This document shows positions 13,400-27,000 of a DNA stretch of 64,000 bases, in pieces. Under the pieces are notes generated by a model. The model was not told the DNA's origin. It did no database searches and saw nothing but the letters and a program-made list of their open reading frames with translations. The position numbers and the translations under genes were made by a program. The number at the start of each line of letters is the position of its first letter. Position 1 is the first letter of the stretch. This DNA comes from Hemiscyllium ocellatum (lineage: Eukaryota), in NCBI RefSeq assembly GCF_020745735.1, contig NC_083413.1:74400001-74464000 (forward strand), written 5' to 3'.

Positions 13400-13705
13400 A
13401 AGGAGGCAATGACCTAATGGTATTATCTCTAAAACTCAGCTGATGTTCTGGGGACCCGGGTTCAAATCCAGCCATGGCAAATGGTGGACTTTGAATTCAA
13501 TAAAAATAATCTGGAATTGAATGAAACCATGTTGGGAAAAAAATTCTGATTAACTAATGTCCTTTAGGTAAGGAAATCTGTTATCCTCACCTGGTCCGGC
13601 TTACAGGTGACTCCAGGTTGTAATGTGGTTGACTCTTAACAACTAGAGATGGGCAATAAATGTTGGTTTAACCAGAGATTCCCAAATTCCCATGGGTTAT
13701 TAAAA
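13400..13705 (+). mobile_element. Second tRNA-headed SINE family (SacSINE1-like)
   Basis: B-box GGTTCAAATCC, GGAAATCTG..CCTCACCTGGTC core, and tail ACTAGAGATGGGCAATAAATG shared with the LINE end at ~46850-46875. Family name is tentative. Confidence 0.6.
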
Positions 13706-13949
13706 GAAAGTTAGATTGTTGTGAAAATTTGGATTCTCTACCAGAGTTCTTGAATTAAATTTACAAACAAGACGATCTATTAAAGAGCCATGAAGCATGG
13801 TCACACATTGATAGGGGTGAGAAGACAAATAATTATTAAGTAAAAGTTCAAATTCTTTCATCTCTATAAGGTCTAAGGAAACTCAATCCCAGGTTTACTG
13901 CTTGCAATCACATTGCTGAATTGTGATTATGTGTCGTATATGGGTTTTG

Positions 13950-16540
13950 TTCTGAGAGAGAGACTCCTAGTTGGATCAAATGTCTGCTGGTTTGAAAACA
14001 TCCCAAGAGAACCAGTCATTTCCTGCAGCCTTGATGGAAAAGGTATGATATTCCACTGTAACACAAGGAATACTCAATGACCACTGGATTTGTTGATGGT
14101 TCAGAAACTATACGTAGAGATAGTGAAATTGCAGGTAAGCAGAATTGGAATGAAAGCACTTTTAGCAGACTTGGTTTCAACAGCAGAGGACAGAAGTGAA
14201 ACAGCAGAGTAAAACGCAAGAATCTTTGGAATGTGCAAAGAACAGTTTACAGATGCTTCAGATGTGGCTCAAAATATCATTATGCGATAATCTGGAAAGG
14301 CAAAGTCACCCAAAATTTCACAATAAATCCTGAGGAAGAGGCTGACAATAATAATGAATTTGAATATGTTATGTTACTCTCAAAGGATTTAGCTGGGTAA
14401 TGAATGGATTTGTTGAGGATTCGCTGACTGTGTTGTGATAGAGAGTCTTAAAGTTACATAATTTTCCTCTCTTCTTGCCAAAGATTAAAATCCATCTTAA
14501 TATTTGCAAGTGTGGTTGATGAACAATAGAGAAGATTAGTGAGAAGTAATGAATCCATTGAAAATAAGCATAGAAATATGTCAAGGGACAGATGGTGGTG
14601 AAGTGGTAATATCACTTAGACCTGTTGGCATGGATTCAAATCCCACCACAGCAGATAAAAGAATTAAAATACTGGAATTAGATGGCTCTTGTGTCATAAT
14701 ACCTAAACCAGATGGCCCAGGTTCAAGTTCTACCTGCTCCAGAGGTGAGTGATAATATCTCAGAACATGAAATTTAGAAAAATATAGAGAAATAAATCAA
14801 TTCTGTTCGCAAGATTTCCATTGCTTTGTGACTTAAATGAGGTAGTTGCCATGGCTCTATGGGTATTCAATAAAGGCTATAAATATATCCATTTTACATG
14901 TTATACACCCAGCAAATAGCTTTAGACTTTATACAACAAAACATAGTAAGGGCAAAGGTCATGTGGAAATTGATAATTGCCCCCAGGACCAAACTTGGAG
15001 CACCAATCAAGTTTCTATCTGAAAACAGAGGGAAAATATCCAATATTATGTTTAGAGATGTAAAAATAAGAACGTTATGGTCATGAGTAATGCAACTGAA
15101 AGTCCTTCCAGCAATGAACTTCAAGGTAGGAATCATTTGGTAATTAATCGAGTACTGCATAAAATCTTACATGATCAAGTTCCAAGCCAGTAATCATTAG
15201 ATGTGGTTAATTCATGCAAATAATTCACTTCTGCCACTTGATCCACGGACCAAATTCCAGCAGGCATCTGTGCTGTCTCATCATCCTCTTGCTCTAGAAT
15301 GTACTATAAGAAGTTTTTTTTGCTGCACATTGGAAACATTACTTGCAAGGAATCAGAATTTAATTAACTCTTGAGGTCTCAGAGAAAATCCAAACAGTTC
15401 TGAGACAAAATTTAATTCAGGACAAAACAAAGTATCATAGCAAACAGAAAGGCCCTGGTAAAATATTGGACTGTAACAGGAAGATAGTAGTTATCAATCA
15501 AGGCAGTCCAATTGTTAAACTTCATTCTCTTTTACAATTCATTGAGAGCCATATCTCTAAATCTAAGCAGCTTGTCAAAGGAATTGAGTCTCCCTGTACC
15601 TTGCATGCTGATGTGTCTAATAATAAAGATCCTGAAGAACAGAATGCAGCAGATCACAGGCTGGATAGTGGAAATGTGACTAGGTCATGACATTGTGACA
15701 TACTTATCGCATCAAAAGACCAGTTGCCTGACTGGGTGAATGCCATATATTTCAATTAATGGAGAAATATGACAATTGAGAACATGAAACACTAGCAAGT
15801 GTTTATATTGGTTGAATGGTCTGGATATTGGCTAAGAAATGAAGTCCGTTGTCTAGGTGACATTCTCAGTGCTTGGGAGCCTCCTGTGAAGTGTTTCTGT
15901 GATCTTTCCTCCGGCACTTGTAGTGGTTTGAATCTGCTGCTTCTGGTTGTCAGTTCCAGCTGTCCACTGCAGTGGTCGGTATATTGGGTCCAGGTTGATG
16001 TGCTTATTGATTGAATCTGTGGATGAGTGCCATGCCTCTAGGAATTCCCTGGCTGTTCTCTGTTTGGCTTATCCTACTATAATAGGACTCATCCACTCAT
16101 CCACAGATTCAATCAATAAGCACATCGATCTGGACCCAATATACCAACCACTGCAATGTACAGCTGGAACTGACAACTGGAAGCGGCAGATTCAAATCAC
16201 TACAAATGCCGGAGGAAAGATTACAGAAGCGCTTCACAGGAGGCTCCCAAGCACTGAAGATGTCACCTAGACAGGGGACAAAACGTCTGCAATACAAATT
16301 TCCAGCTCGGCGAACAGAACCACAACAACGAGCATCCGAGCTACAAATCTTCTCACAAACTTTGAAGTCCATAGAAGAACAGAATGGAAGAGTGCTGAAT
16401 AAAAAAAAGGGCAGTATAACTTCTAATCGCGATGGCCTAAAAATCACTCTTGTATTAGAAAATGATCACATAATTGAAAACAAAAGCTTCAGACAGTACA
16501 ACAGGAGATCTTACCATAGTAGGTCCAACAGACGTAACAG
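13950..16540 (+). mobile_element. Fossil Ty1/copia-order LTR retrotransposon internal region
   Basis: Remnants in order: gag zinc knuckle RCFRCGSKYH (14251-14280), integrase-like LNEVVAM (~14835), GAPIKFLSENRGKISN and ATESPSSN (~15000-15115), then KGPGKI (15448). Many frameshifts. Confidence 0.65.
15848..16362. mobile_element. Penelope-derived hairpin element (family C) nested in the copia fossil
   Basis: Inverted arms at ~15850-16029 and ~16094-16272. GIY-YIG C-terminal remnant STDSINKHIDLDPIYQPL. Hammerhead-like core at 16254-16287. 8-bp TSD TGAAGTCC (15840-15847, 16363-16370). Confidence 0.85.
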
Positions 16541-16544
16541 TGGA

Positions 16545-16722
16545 AATAGAAGTCATAGCTTGACTAGATTATGCAAGGAATTGATGGTTACATGAATAAG
16601 AAAGGTTTAGAGGAACATGGGCCAAATGCTGGCAAAAGGGACTAGATTGATTTAGGGTACCTGATTGACATGGACAAGTTGAGCTGAGGGGTCTGTTCCC
16701 ATGCTGTTCATCTCTATACCTC
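16545..16722 (+). mobile_element. CR1 3' end fragment
   Basis: GGTTACATGAATAAGAAAGGTTTAGAGG...GGGTCTGTTCCCATGCTGT tail. Confidence 0.75.
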
Positions 16723-17889
16723 AATGATGCGCATTTTGTTTTATATTTGTCATGCATGAAAACGGGCTCTGTCATCCTTTACAAACCATACAGCCCTCAA
16801 ATAAAATGGAGTCTCAGTCCAAATGATGTTACTGTACTCTCATACTTACAACTTAACGAGGTCTTTGCCTAGTCATGATGCAGTGTTTTGGCTGCCTAAA
16901 ACATGCCTGTGAAAATGACACAGACCAGCTGGATGCAATACTGCCTAGTTTCAATCACCTGCATGCCGTATTTTTGTCAGGCATTTGGGGAGCGTGGCAG
17001 AATCTTTAGTCACCTACCTCCTTAAATATCAATAAAATTCTCCTTTAAGTTTCTACCCCCCTTTATTGCCCATTACTCACATTCACAACTCTTTGAGTAA
17101 AACAGTTCAGGAGAATCCATCTGTGCACCATACATCTCTAATTTTGAGCCCATAGTCTCTGATTCTAGGGTTCATGGTCATCTTGGAACTTATTAATGGG
17201 TGACAAATTCAACAGGTTATGCAGATATCTCTCTCACTATTTTCATCATTTGTTTGAACGATCTCTGATCTGCAAGAACTCAGAGGAAGGTCACCCGATT
17301 TGAATATTGCTGCTGGATGCCCATGCCGCTGGAGGTGCAACTGGAGAATCCACCTAACCCCAAAATCAGGAAGCCAAACTCACTAAACCTTTCTTCATGT
17401 GTGACTGAAGAAATGGAGCAGGAATGAAGGTTGTATGTTCCTTGCAGATGTTCCAATGAAATGAATCTAGTGAATGTAGCAAGTGAGTTGGGGGCACAAT
17501 TAATATGTATGATGTCACACTTTACATTGAAACACGACTATGGAAGGGTAAGTTCAGTAGTTTGAACTTGCTGGTGTCAGCATTTTTGGATTGGATAAGG
17601 AGGCCATTTAAAATGAAGGGTGGTTCTCAACATTTTGTTAATTTCCCTTGGCTGTGCTGTGCCCTGTTTTTATTCTGTTTTGTAGGTCCCTGTAAAACTT
17701 CTGTTTGTCCATTTAATGACTTTAGTTGGCCTCCATGTGAGAAGGCTGTTCTCGATCGTACCACTCAAGATTAAATATGGGTGAGTTGACAAGCTCCTTG
17801 CTTTTACAGTATTCCTGATTCTACAATGCCACACCCCCACCTCGCTTCTAGCTGGGGCTTGCAGTAATTAAATTTGGAACAAAGGAAAC

Positions 17890-18260
17890 AGAAACAGGAC
17901 TAAGCCATTTGGCCCATCAAGCCTGCTCCACCACTGAACTACATCATGGCTGATCATCCACTTCAATGTTGTTTCCCTACACTATCCCCATATCCCATGA
18001 TTTTTAATATGTAAAAATATATTGATTGTCAAAAAGACTGAACTTCAAAACTTTCTGGGGTAGAGAATTTCAAAGAGATACCTTCTGATGGAAGAAATTC
18101 CTCCTCATCTTAGTCCTAAATGGTCTACCCCTCATTCTGAGACTGTGTCTCCTGATTCTAGATCACTCTCATCTGGGGAATAATCCTTCCTTCTCTATCT
18201 GAACCAGTCAATGAGATCACCCTTCGTTCTAGAGAACATAGACCCCAGTGTCCTCAGCTT
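17890..18260 (-). mobile_element. Old CR1-type fragment
   Basis: Similar to 3950-4330. Confidence 0.5.
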
Positions 18261-18805
18261 CTCAGTTCTGTTCCAGCGATCCAGTCCATTCACATTCACA
18301 CAAATATAGAACAAATAGTTTGATGAGAATAGAATCTTTATTAAAAGTCACTAACTTATAACACATACACACAGTTAAAATCATTTACATTTAACAATGA
18401 TTACACGCAATCAAAGTTGTACTGCTGTCTAAACATTTGACAACAAGACCTGTTGATTGGTGAACGTGTGAAACATTTGAGTCAGTCCTTCAATCAGCAC
18501 TCCCCCTTCCAGGTTCAGAAAAGGACACTCACACAACGGCCAACTCAAGAAAGGGGAAAAAAACATATTTATGTAGGTTGAAAAATTCAACTTGTGGTAA
18601 TCATTTTAGGGCAAGAGAGAACCTGAGATGGATGTTACTCAAGCGTCATACAGATTTGGACATTCTAATGTCAATTATTTGAATTTTTCCTCTAACTGGT
18701 GCCCTTTACAATTTGCTTTCACATTCTCCCCACTTGGGTCACTCATATTACAGGAATAGCCCAGCCAGATTGGTCAGGGTTGACACAGATACCATTGTTC
18801 TCCTA

Positions 18806-19117
18806 ATGGTGTGGCTCAGTGATTAGCACTGCTGCCTCACAGCACCAGGGACCCAAGTTCGATTCTGGCCTCGAGCAACTGGCTGTGTGGAGTTTGCACA
18901 TTCTCCCTATGTCTGCGTGGGTTTCCTCCGGATGCTCCGGTTTCCTCCAACAGTCCAAAGATGTGCAGATCAGGTGAATTGGCCATTCTAAATTGCCCAC
19001 AGAGTTAGGTGCATTAGTCAGAGGGAAATGGGTCTGGGTGGGTTACTCTTCAGAAGATTGGTGTGGACTTGTTGGGCCGAAGGGCCAGTTTCCACACTGT
19101 AGGGAATCTAATCTAAT
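18806..19117 (+). mobile_element. HE1/V-SINE-like SINE
   Basis: Head TGGCTCAGTGATTAG...AGTTCGATTC, conserved core, and an AATCT-repeat tail. Confidence 0.88.
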
Positions 19118-19316
19118 AGGAAGCTATTTGTTTTGCTCAGTACAAAACAAATTAAAATCAGGCATTTCTTTGTTCTGGTTCCCTTACCTCTTTTTCCCAC
19201 ACCGTTTCAATTGTTCCCCTTTTTATGCCTATTCCTCTGGAATGGTGTTACTGAATCTGCTTCCATCACCTTTTTCAGCAAGGCAGTGCCCCCTCCCCAT
19301 ACACCCTAATTTTTTG

Positions 19317-19535
19317 AGAGAAATTGAAGACTGCAGATACTGATGAGTCAAGAGTCGAAAAATGTGGTGCTGGAAAAGCACAGCAGATTGGGCAGAATCC
19401 GAGCAGCAGGGGAGTCGATGTTTCGGGCATAAACATTCTATCATTCCTGATGAAGGGCTTATGCCTGAAACATCAACTTGCCTGCTCCTCAGATGCTGTC
19501 CGACCTGCTATGCTTTTTCAGCACCAGGCTTTTCA
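19317..19535. mobile_element. Palindromic Penelope-derived insert (family A)
   Basis: Inverted arms centred at ~19443. CTGATGAAGGGCTTATGCCTGAAAC core. Flanking direct repeat ACCCTAATT (19303-19311, 19536-19544). Confidence 0.85.
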
Positions 19536-22500
19536 ACCCTAATTCTTTTGCCAATCCGTCCTCTGTTTCTCAACATTTCTGCCAGTGAAAACAATTTCTC
19601 TGATTTACTCCATCACATCTACCCATAATTTTGAACTGTGGTCATCGTTTTAAAGTAATATATTAAAGTGAAGATCAAATGTGCTGACATCATGCATCAT
19701 CACTGCTTTACACATAAGAAATTCCATAGTGTGCACTTTCTCTTGTGGCCTGTCCCTTGTTTTGGGGGTCTTGATGACTGTATCTGAAACCCACTGTTAG
19801 GCATCCCTGAAGTCCAAATACAACAATAATATGCATTTAAAAAGCACTTCCTGGGAGTGTAATCAAACAAAAAGTTGACATTGAGCAAAAGGGGCAAACA
19901 GTATGAGAATGTATAGTCCAATTCCTTGGACATAGAGTTTGGTTTAAATAGATAAAGAAGAGGGAGAATTCAAGAGCTGAGGTGTTTCGGGAATTCTGAA
20001 GCTCATACAACAAAAGAACAGAGGAAACCACACAGTCAGATAACTCAACTCACCATAACTCTCAGTCATCCAGGGTCACTGCTGACATTTCATACAGTGC
20101 CATTTTGATGAACTGTGTTGTCTACACATTTCATAGTTGTGCTCAAGTTTTTAAAATGATATATCACCCTGGATTCAAGTACAGTTTGTTTATATGCAGC
20201 TCGCACTGTAAAACTTAAAGCAGAAATCAAAAGGAAGGTATGCTTTTGTCTCCAGGACAACCCAAATTTTACAAAAACAACACAACCACTTTACACCTAT
20301 ATAATTACAAACAAAAAGCATGCCAGCTACTTTATAGCATTAAAAATGTCTCAACCAGACGGAAAATTATTCACTCACTGCACCTCAATGTACAGATCAA
20401 AACCAGGAACCAGGTCAAAGTCCTCATTGTGTAGCTCAAGCACACTACACAGAGAAAATACTGTTACAATGGTGGGTCATTTTGTAGGTTGAAATCTCAC
20501 AAAAAAAGTTTGAGTAATTTGTCAAAATTTGGATATTTGGCAGTAAGTTACAGATTGGATTTTGTCATGAAACCATTTGACAAGGATTTGGGATTGTTTC
20601 TAAATCTCTTTGATCAGGGTCACAACTTTTAACATAGTTGGCTACACCATACACTTTTTACCCCTGTGTTTTTAAATAATACCTACTGACAGGTCTGGTG
20701 GCTACCTGCGTGGTTGATTTACACATGGTGATGTATTGTTCACATCGCTGAGAATGGGCATCAAAAGAGATCCCTTGCCACGTCCTCTCCTCCTGTGTGT
20801 CTGATACACAGCAAAACCTCAAAGTTTGCAACATTCATTCTGCCAAATGAATTTGAAGGACATACTTAAAGAATAAATAGATTTGTTAATAAAAGCATAG
20901 TTTACAACAACAGAAAATGTATAAATACTCATTATTCTCATGCAGTCCTGAATTGGCAATGAGTGTGGCTGCTCTCATAAGGTTTCCTTGTTCAGCCCAG
21001 GAGCTCTGTTTTCAGTTCAGTGTTCCAGTAGTCCTGGGTGAATGCAGTTATTAGTCAGACTTTGACTGTCTCAGGGTCCATGAGTAAAATTTCGATGTGC
21101 CATATTTTACCAACTGGTGAAGAAGTTGTAGCAAGATCTCAGTAATACTTTTCTGTCATGCTGCTCCATGGAGAGTTTGACCACAGTAGAGTTCTTGCTC
21201 TCTCCTTGACTTCTGATGGTTTGAGAAATACTGGGAGGCACTTGCTGTAGTACTTCAAATTGCAGTCATAAATCTGAAACTCAAGGTATGCCAGGAACAG
21301 AAACATGATTGAAAGCAGCTGGGTGTGTTCATCACAAAGGCTAGAGCGATGACCAAGTGGTATTAATGTCACCCATTGCCTGACTTTTCTTTTCTGCCCA
21401 TCTTCCTTATTCACCTCAGTACCTGTCTAGTTCTGGGAATTACAAAAAGCTTTCTCTCACTGATAAGCAAGAGAATAAATGCGTTATTGGAAGCATGGTC
21501 ATTTCCTGCATTCCTTGCAGTGGTGACAGTCCCTCATTAAATCTATGGGACTGAAGATGAGGTGCTTCTTGGACTTGGTTGAGCTCAGAAACAACACGGA
21601 CGTCTGGCATGTGAATGATTTCACAGCATAACCTCTTCTGCCTCCAATGTCTATTGCTCTCAGTCTATAATCTTGACCTTTTAACCAATCCTCTTTGTCC
21701 TGACATTTCCCCTATTACAGCTGATTATCCAGACCCTGTCTAATGCCTCATTGGTTTATTGGCTACTGATCTGGGCTGAGGGACCAATCCCTTCAATGCT
21801 TCCTTGTTTGGATAAGGATCCATCCCATTAACTAGATGGATGTTTTATCTCTTTTCAAGAACGGCTTCCTCCCATAGCAGCTTTCCTTCAGTGAAAGGAA
21901 AGACAACGGAGGAAACTGGTTGCTATTTCCCAAGAATGACATCACCTATGGCTTTCGCAACCTGTTCATTCATACGCTGGCTTCAGTCCTTCATACCAGT
22001 GTGAAGCTTACATAGTAACCAGCTCTCAGAACATCCTCAGTGAAGATCTTAGGACAGTGCCAGCTCTCTAACCTGTGTTGCCTCAGCAAATGATGCTCAC
22101 GGTTACAGTGAAACATAGGGACATAAGAATAAATAGCGAAGTATGTTATTTACAGCAAAATAATCTTGTAACTTATTGTGTTAAAAAAAAAGCCATTTCT
22201 TATAAATGCATCAAATAACTAAGAAAAATTGAAGTCAACAGTATACTCAATGAAGTACACTCTGGGCGTTTCTTTGACAGAACAGGGGATGCTATATCAT
22301 GGAGGGAAGGCTGAAACATATGCATCCTACCAGTGGCAAGGTTAAGATAATCCACTCAGATAAACACAGATGTTAACTCGGTTAGGTTTCTGCCATAGGG
22401 AAAGCTTTGTGCTTTTTAGATTGGCTCCAGGACATCTTAATCATAAACATGCTATCATGATCCAAGTTAATCAAATTGATTGATGAGACATCATTCTAGT

Positions 22501-23134
22501 CCCATTCTAGCCTTTTGGGAACACAGGTTCACCAGATCGTCTGAGATCTGTCAACCTGTCCCTGATTCGGAATGTTCTGGCACATCCTCGCTTCCCAGCA
22601 CTAAAGTTATCCAGTTTAACAAAGGAAATAGCTTGGAAAATAAAGATTTCCTCCTCCTGAAAAGAGGGTTCATAAGCCCAGAGTCCAGGTGCACTGACCA
22701 CCCACCCTGATCACTCGACTCAACCAATTTTCATCCACCTTTCAAACTCATCAACCCCCTCGATACACTTCTCAACCTGTAACATCTTGGTTTTACATTT
22801 CTGAGGTCCAATGCTGCAATTGTTTTAAAATTCACAATGCCTCAGACTTTCAGTTAACTTTATTGCAGTAGTAATTTCTTTCCCCCAAAATATCTCCAAC
22901 TTATGGTCTGGAAATTGAAGAAAATAATTGAGTGATTTGGAACAAGTGAAATTTATTTATTCTTTCATGGATTTAGGTGGTGGGCAGATAAGGCCAGGAT
23001 CTGTTGTCCATCCTTAATTGCCTTTAAACAGCCTTATGGTTTATTTGCAACTACAGAGGATTGTTAAAGGTCAACCACATTGTTCTGCCTCTGGAACCAC
23101 ATGCAGGCCAGGCCAGGCCAGGAAAAGATGGCAG

Positions 23135-23600
23135 ACAGGAGGCTGGAAGAACACAGCAAACCAGGCAGCATCAGGAGGTGGAGAAGTCAATGTTTTGGGT
23201 GTAACCCTTCTTCAGGACTAGGGGTGGGTATGGGGGAGCTGCAGATAAAGGGGGTGGTGGGGGCAGAGTGGTGAAGTGGCTGTAGGTGAAGACAGGTAGA
23301 AAATGAATCCAGGTCGTGACAGGGAGGAGTGGAAGGGAGGGGTATGGGCTGGAAGGGAATCGGGGATGAGAAAGGAGGTTATTTGAATTTGGAGAGCTCA
23401 ATATTGATTCCTCCATGCTGAAGGCTGCTCAGGTGGAAGACGAGGTGGTGATCCTCCAATTTGCAGTTTGGTTCATTGTGGCAATGGAGGAGGCCAAGGA
23501 TGGTCACGTTGGAAAGGACGTGAGAAGGGGAATTAAAATGGACGGTGACTGGGAGATCCGGTTGGCCCCTGCAGGCCCGGCTGAGAAGTTTGGTGAACCA
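23135..23600 (-). mobile_element. Penelope-like element 3' fragment (GIY-YIG C-terminus plus terminal repeat), nested in a SINE
   Basis: Remnant PDLPVTVHFNSPSH..VTILGLLHCHNE..KLEDHHLVFHLSSLQHGGINIE, followed by a pyrimidine tract and CTGAAGAAGGGTTACACCCAAAAC. SINE halves lie at ~22950-23130 and ~23600-23820. Confidence 0.8.
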
Positions 23601-26001
23601 ATAGCAAAGTTCTTTTTCTGAAGGACAACAGTGAACCAGATGGGTTTTTGTAATAACCAATGATCATTTAATGACAACACCTTTTAACTTAAGAATCACG
23701 AATTAGTTGAATTTAAATCCCACCAGCTGCTGTGGTAGAATCTGAAGTTTGTTCCCAAAGCCTTATCCTTGGTTTCTGGATAGCTTATCCACTGACAGTA
23801 GTATTATGCTATTAGCTACCCCAACTGAGTTAGTTCAGATTGACATACCTTACACTGTATCAATAAATGCCACAAAGAATTCAATCCTTTAACCCCCTCA
23901 AATCTCACATTATTGCAAAATTACCCAGATATCATGACTTAAATAGTTTAAAGTCCTGGGGAAAGACTTTGTACACTAGTGCGAACTGAGTGATGTTTAA
24001 CCAGCAACCTTGTTTTCCATTGTTTTTCAAAAGCACACAAAAGTCAAGACCTCCCCCAAATGTGTGTCCATGTGAGCCAAAGCCTGGATCAGGCCTGGTG
24101 GTTACACACCAATCTATTGCCTTCCAGCAAATACATGAAAAATACCCCCGGGGTGGATAGAGTGGGACTTATGTACACTCACCCCTACCTCCTCACCCTA
24201 CTCCAACCCACTTTTAGGAGAAACTGTTATAGTAATGTAAGGGAATGGCAAAAGGACTCACTTTGGAAAAGCTACAATGGAATGTTCTTCTCTTAGGGAC
24301 ATTAACAACTTTCATTTTCAAATAGCGGGTGTGACTCTCACCCATGCAATGACATAGCCTCTAAATGCGCAATCTGATGTTCAAGGGTTAACAGTCAGCA
24401 CTATACCTCGATCACTTCCTTTATAATTACTTAAGCTTTTATTTCTCATCCTATCAATATGCACTGTTTGATGCAATATACATAACTGGGAATTGGGAAT
24501 AATTCACATTCTATCTAGCATGGGTAAATATACATGGTATAAATAAACTGCCACTGCATATTACTGGGCTATAACCCACTCACTGTGGGATATATATACA
24601 CAGTATATAACCAACTTGGCTCAACATTGTCTGGAAAATTACCCACATACACTTACTTCAATTATTGGATCTATGATCTAAACCAGAACTCCAACCAGGT
24701 CTGACAATCCAATTGCCAGAGGCATAACTTTGAAGTCTTAGTTCAAAGTCATGTAGCTAAGTTACTGTCTATGGAACATTTCTTTGTAAGTACCAACACT
24801 AACAACACTGTGACCTGTTCAACCTGATCAGTTGAAATCTGTTCTAGTGATCTCTGGCTGGAAAGTACAGGCATGTATTTGACTAGCAATGCATTTATCA
24901 AAATTGCTTGCACAAACCAAATTTCCACCAATATTAAGAATACAAAATCCAGAGGACACACGAGCTGGGGACCAATATGAGCTGTTACAAGTAACAGGAG
25001 GCATGCCCTCTTCCATAAGTGAATGAAAAAAAACACTTACTGCCACTCTTGTCAAAAAGGCTGATGCTTTTCCAGAATTAGGCTGTAGCAATCCTTTATG
25101 CATTTGATGTATTACAGCATCTCTGCAGCCAGAGAGGCATGTCAGAAATAAAAAAAAAAGTCCTTTTGACAAAGGTTTTTGCAGTGAGTTGGGGGGATTA
25201 AAGAGATACGATCTGGAAAGTCTTCTTTCTGGCCTCACACATGAGATCACAGCTGACAAACTCTGACTTTCTATCTCCAACCCAAGGCAACCAGTACCAA
25301 GACATCTTATCCCTGACCTCTACTGAGTCACGTTGCAGGAGTCAAAGTGTTTGTTCCTCATAAGCTTTAATAGGTACCAAAAGGTGAAAAATTAGGACAA
25401 TAACTGGGATCACAGTATACAAAAACATCTATGCACTTCGCTGGGAGTGGCCACAAAGCAGCCACTGAATGATGTCAAAGTGACGTAGATGCTCGAATAT
25501 GAAGGTTTCAATCCTCATCTTAGACAGCGCCTCAGTCTCCATGATTCCAAGACACCTCCAGCTGACTCAGCAAAAGTTTTCCACTTGCATTTCTCACTTT
25601 GTGACTCTCTAATTACACCAGAAGGTGAACAGCTATTTCCTTCTGGATTATGGTCTCAAACCCGAAAGTATTACCCTAAATGCACCATTAACTGTCCACG
25701 GTTATCTGAGGGATGCACAAACATGTGCAAATGGCATAATATTGCCTACAATGCCACAGCTTTGGTATTCTTATCACTGGGACTTTCGTATTATGCAAGA
25801 CATTGATTGTTGATCTATAACTCTAATGTTGTAATAAAAAGTTTCTTTAAAAAAAAAGGCTCAATGTTTTGAAGAGTATGCTACAGTAAAGTCATCTAAT
25901 ATAGAACCTGCAGAGGCTGCCTCTGATCCCTCCACAGGATGTTATATTGTGGTTGTGCCTGTTTGCCACTCAGTATTGGGTGGGTGCTGGAGATTCCTGG
26001 C

Positions 26002-26199
26002 TCAAGGTCTGTACTTCTCATTGTATCTGTGGATTGTCACACAGCCGTGATAGGAAATGGGCCTCGGCATGGCAGCCATTGCTGTGATGATTCCTGTTGC
26101 TGGGTCGTAGCATGTAATAGTGTCAGTGGCCTCTCCCGTTTCCTTTCTGCCACCGAGGATGTAGACCTTGCCGTTACACACAGACATCCCGCAACTCTC
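26002..26199 (-). CDS. KLHL24: KLHL24 last coding exon, 198 nt including TGA
   Basis: Acceptor CTTTCTGTGCCATGCAG|. Reads ESCGMSVCNGKVYILGGRKETGEATDTITCYDPATGIITAMAAMPRPISYHGCVTIHRYNEKYRP*. Exon lengths sum to 920+185+119+189+189+198 = 1800 nt (599 aa plus stop). Confidence 0.96.
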   Translation of the reverse strand, partial: ESCGMSVCNGKVYILGGRKETGEATDTITCYDPATGIITAMAAMPRPISYHGCVTIHRYNEKYRP

Positions 26200-27000
26200 C
26201 TGCATGGCACAGAAAGAGGAACTTGCATCATAAACAATCGTGTAACAGACTTGGACCCTTTGGTATTTTCTCTATCTGTTACCCAGGCAGCGGTGAATGC
26301 ACCAACAGGGCAATATTGACACTTCACAGTCCGATTTTAGAATTTCTTATCATTTTATCTTTCTTTAAGATTCAAGTTTGAAGCGATGATTGCAATGATT
26401 AACCATCCATTGGCCACTGGAGAATTTGTGCCACATGTAATTGGTAAACATATTCAGTACCCCACTATGCTGCAGGTAGGGGTTATTGAGTGAGGTTTTG
26501 AGGAAGCTGGAATAGCATCAGTAGGTATATAGTCAGTGCCACAAGCGGCTGGACAGGGCCTGGATTTGTGGGATACATCAGAGCCCAATAACTGGGGCCT
26601 AGTGCTCGAGATAGCCCATGTGCTTGGGTCAGGGTCAGGGGCAGGGCCAGGAGCAGGACCCGGGCCTGGGATTTCTGTTCCTGACCCTGCTGCTGGCATG
26701 TGGGATCACTGAGTCATAGTGTGAGAAACTGAATTAACATCAGCCGAAACTGAGAGAAATTTAACCTCAAAGGCTTTGTCACTCAGTGAGCTCAGTAAAA
26801 CAAATACATTCTAAGAAAAGTGAATGGGAAGAAAAAATTAGAACAGGAAGGCAGAGGCTTTTGATTGATTGACGATTGATTGATTGATTCACTGCAGCTC
26901 TTTGGATTGATTCAATAAGCTGCTACTGAAATCATTCATCAAAGTCCTTCTCATTCCCTGTCTCTTAATCTGACCCTCTGGTTTGACCATGACTTTATGT

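Larger units (their letters stand above)
18320..26001 (-). other. KLHL24: Putative long KLHL24 3' UTR with several candidate poly(A) signals
   Basis: Relatively repeat-poor, AT-rich sequence after the stop. Minus-strand AATAAA at 24443-24438, 22864-22859 and 18342-18337. The true 3' end cannot be fixed without RNA data. Confidence 0.35.

Noticed and set aside
26454-26699. Pro/Gly-rich ORF (PGPGPAPGPAPDPDP)
   Set aside because: Derives from a short degenerate hexamer repeat in the last intron.
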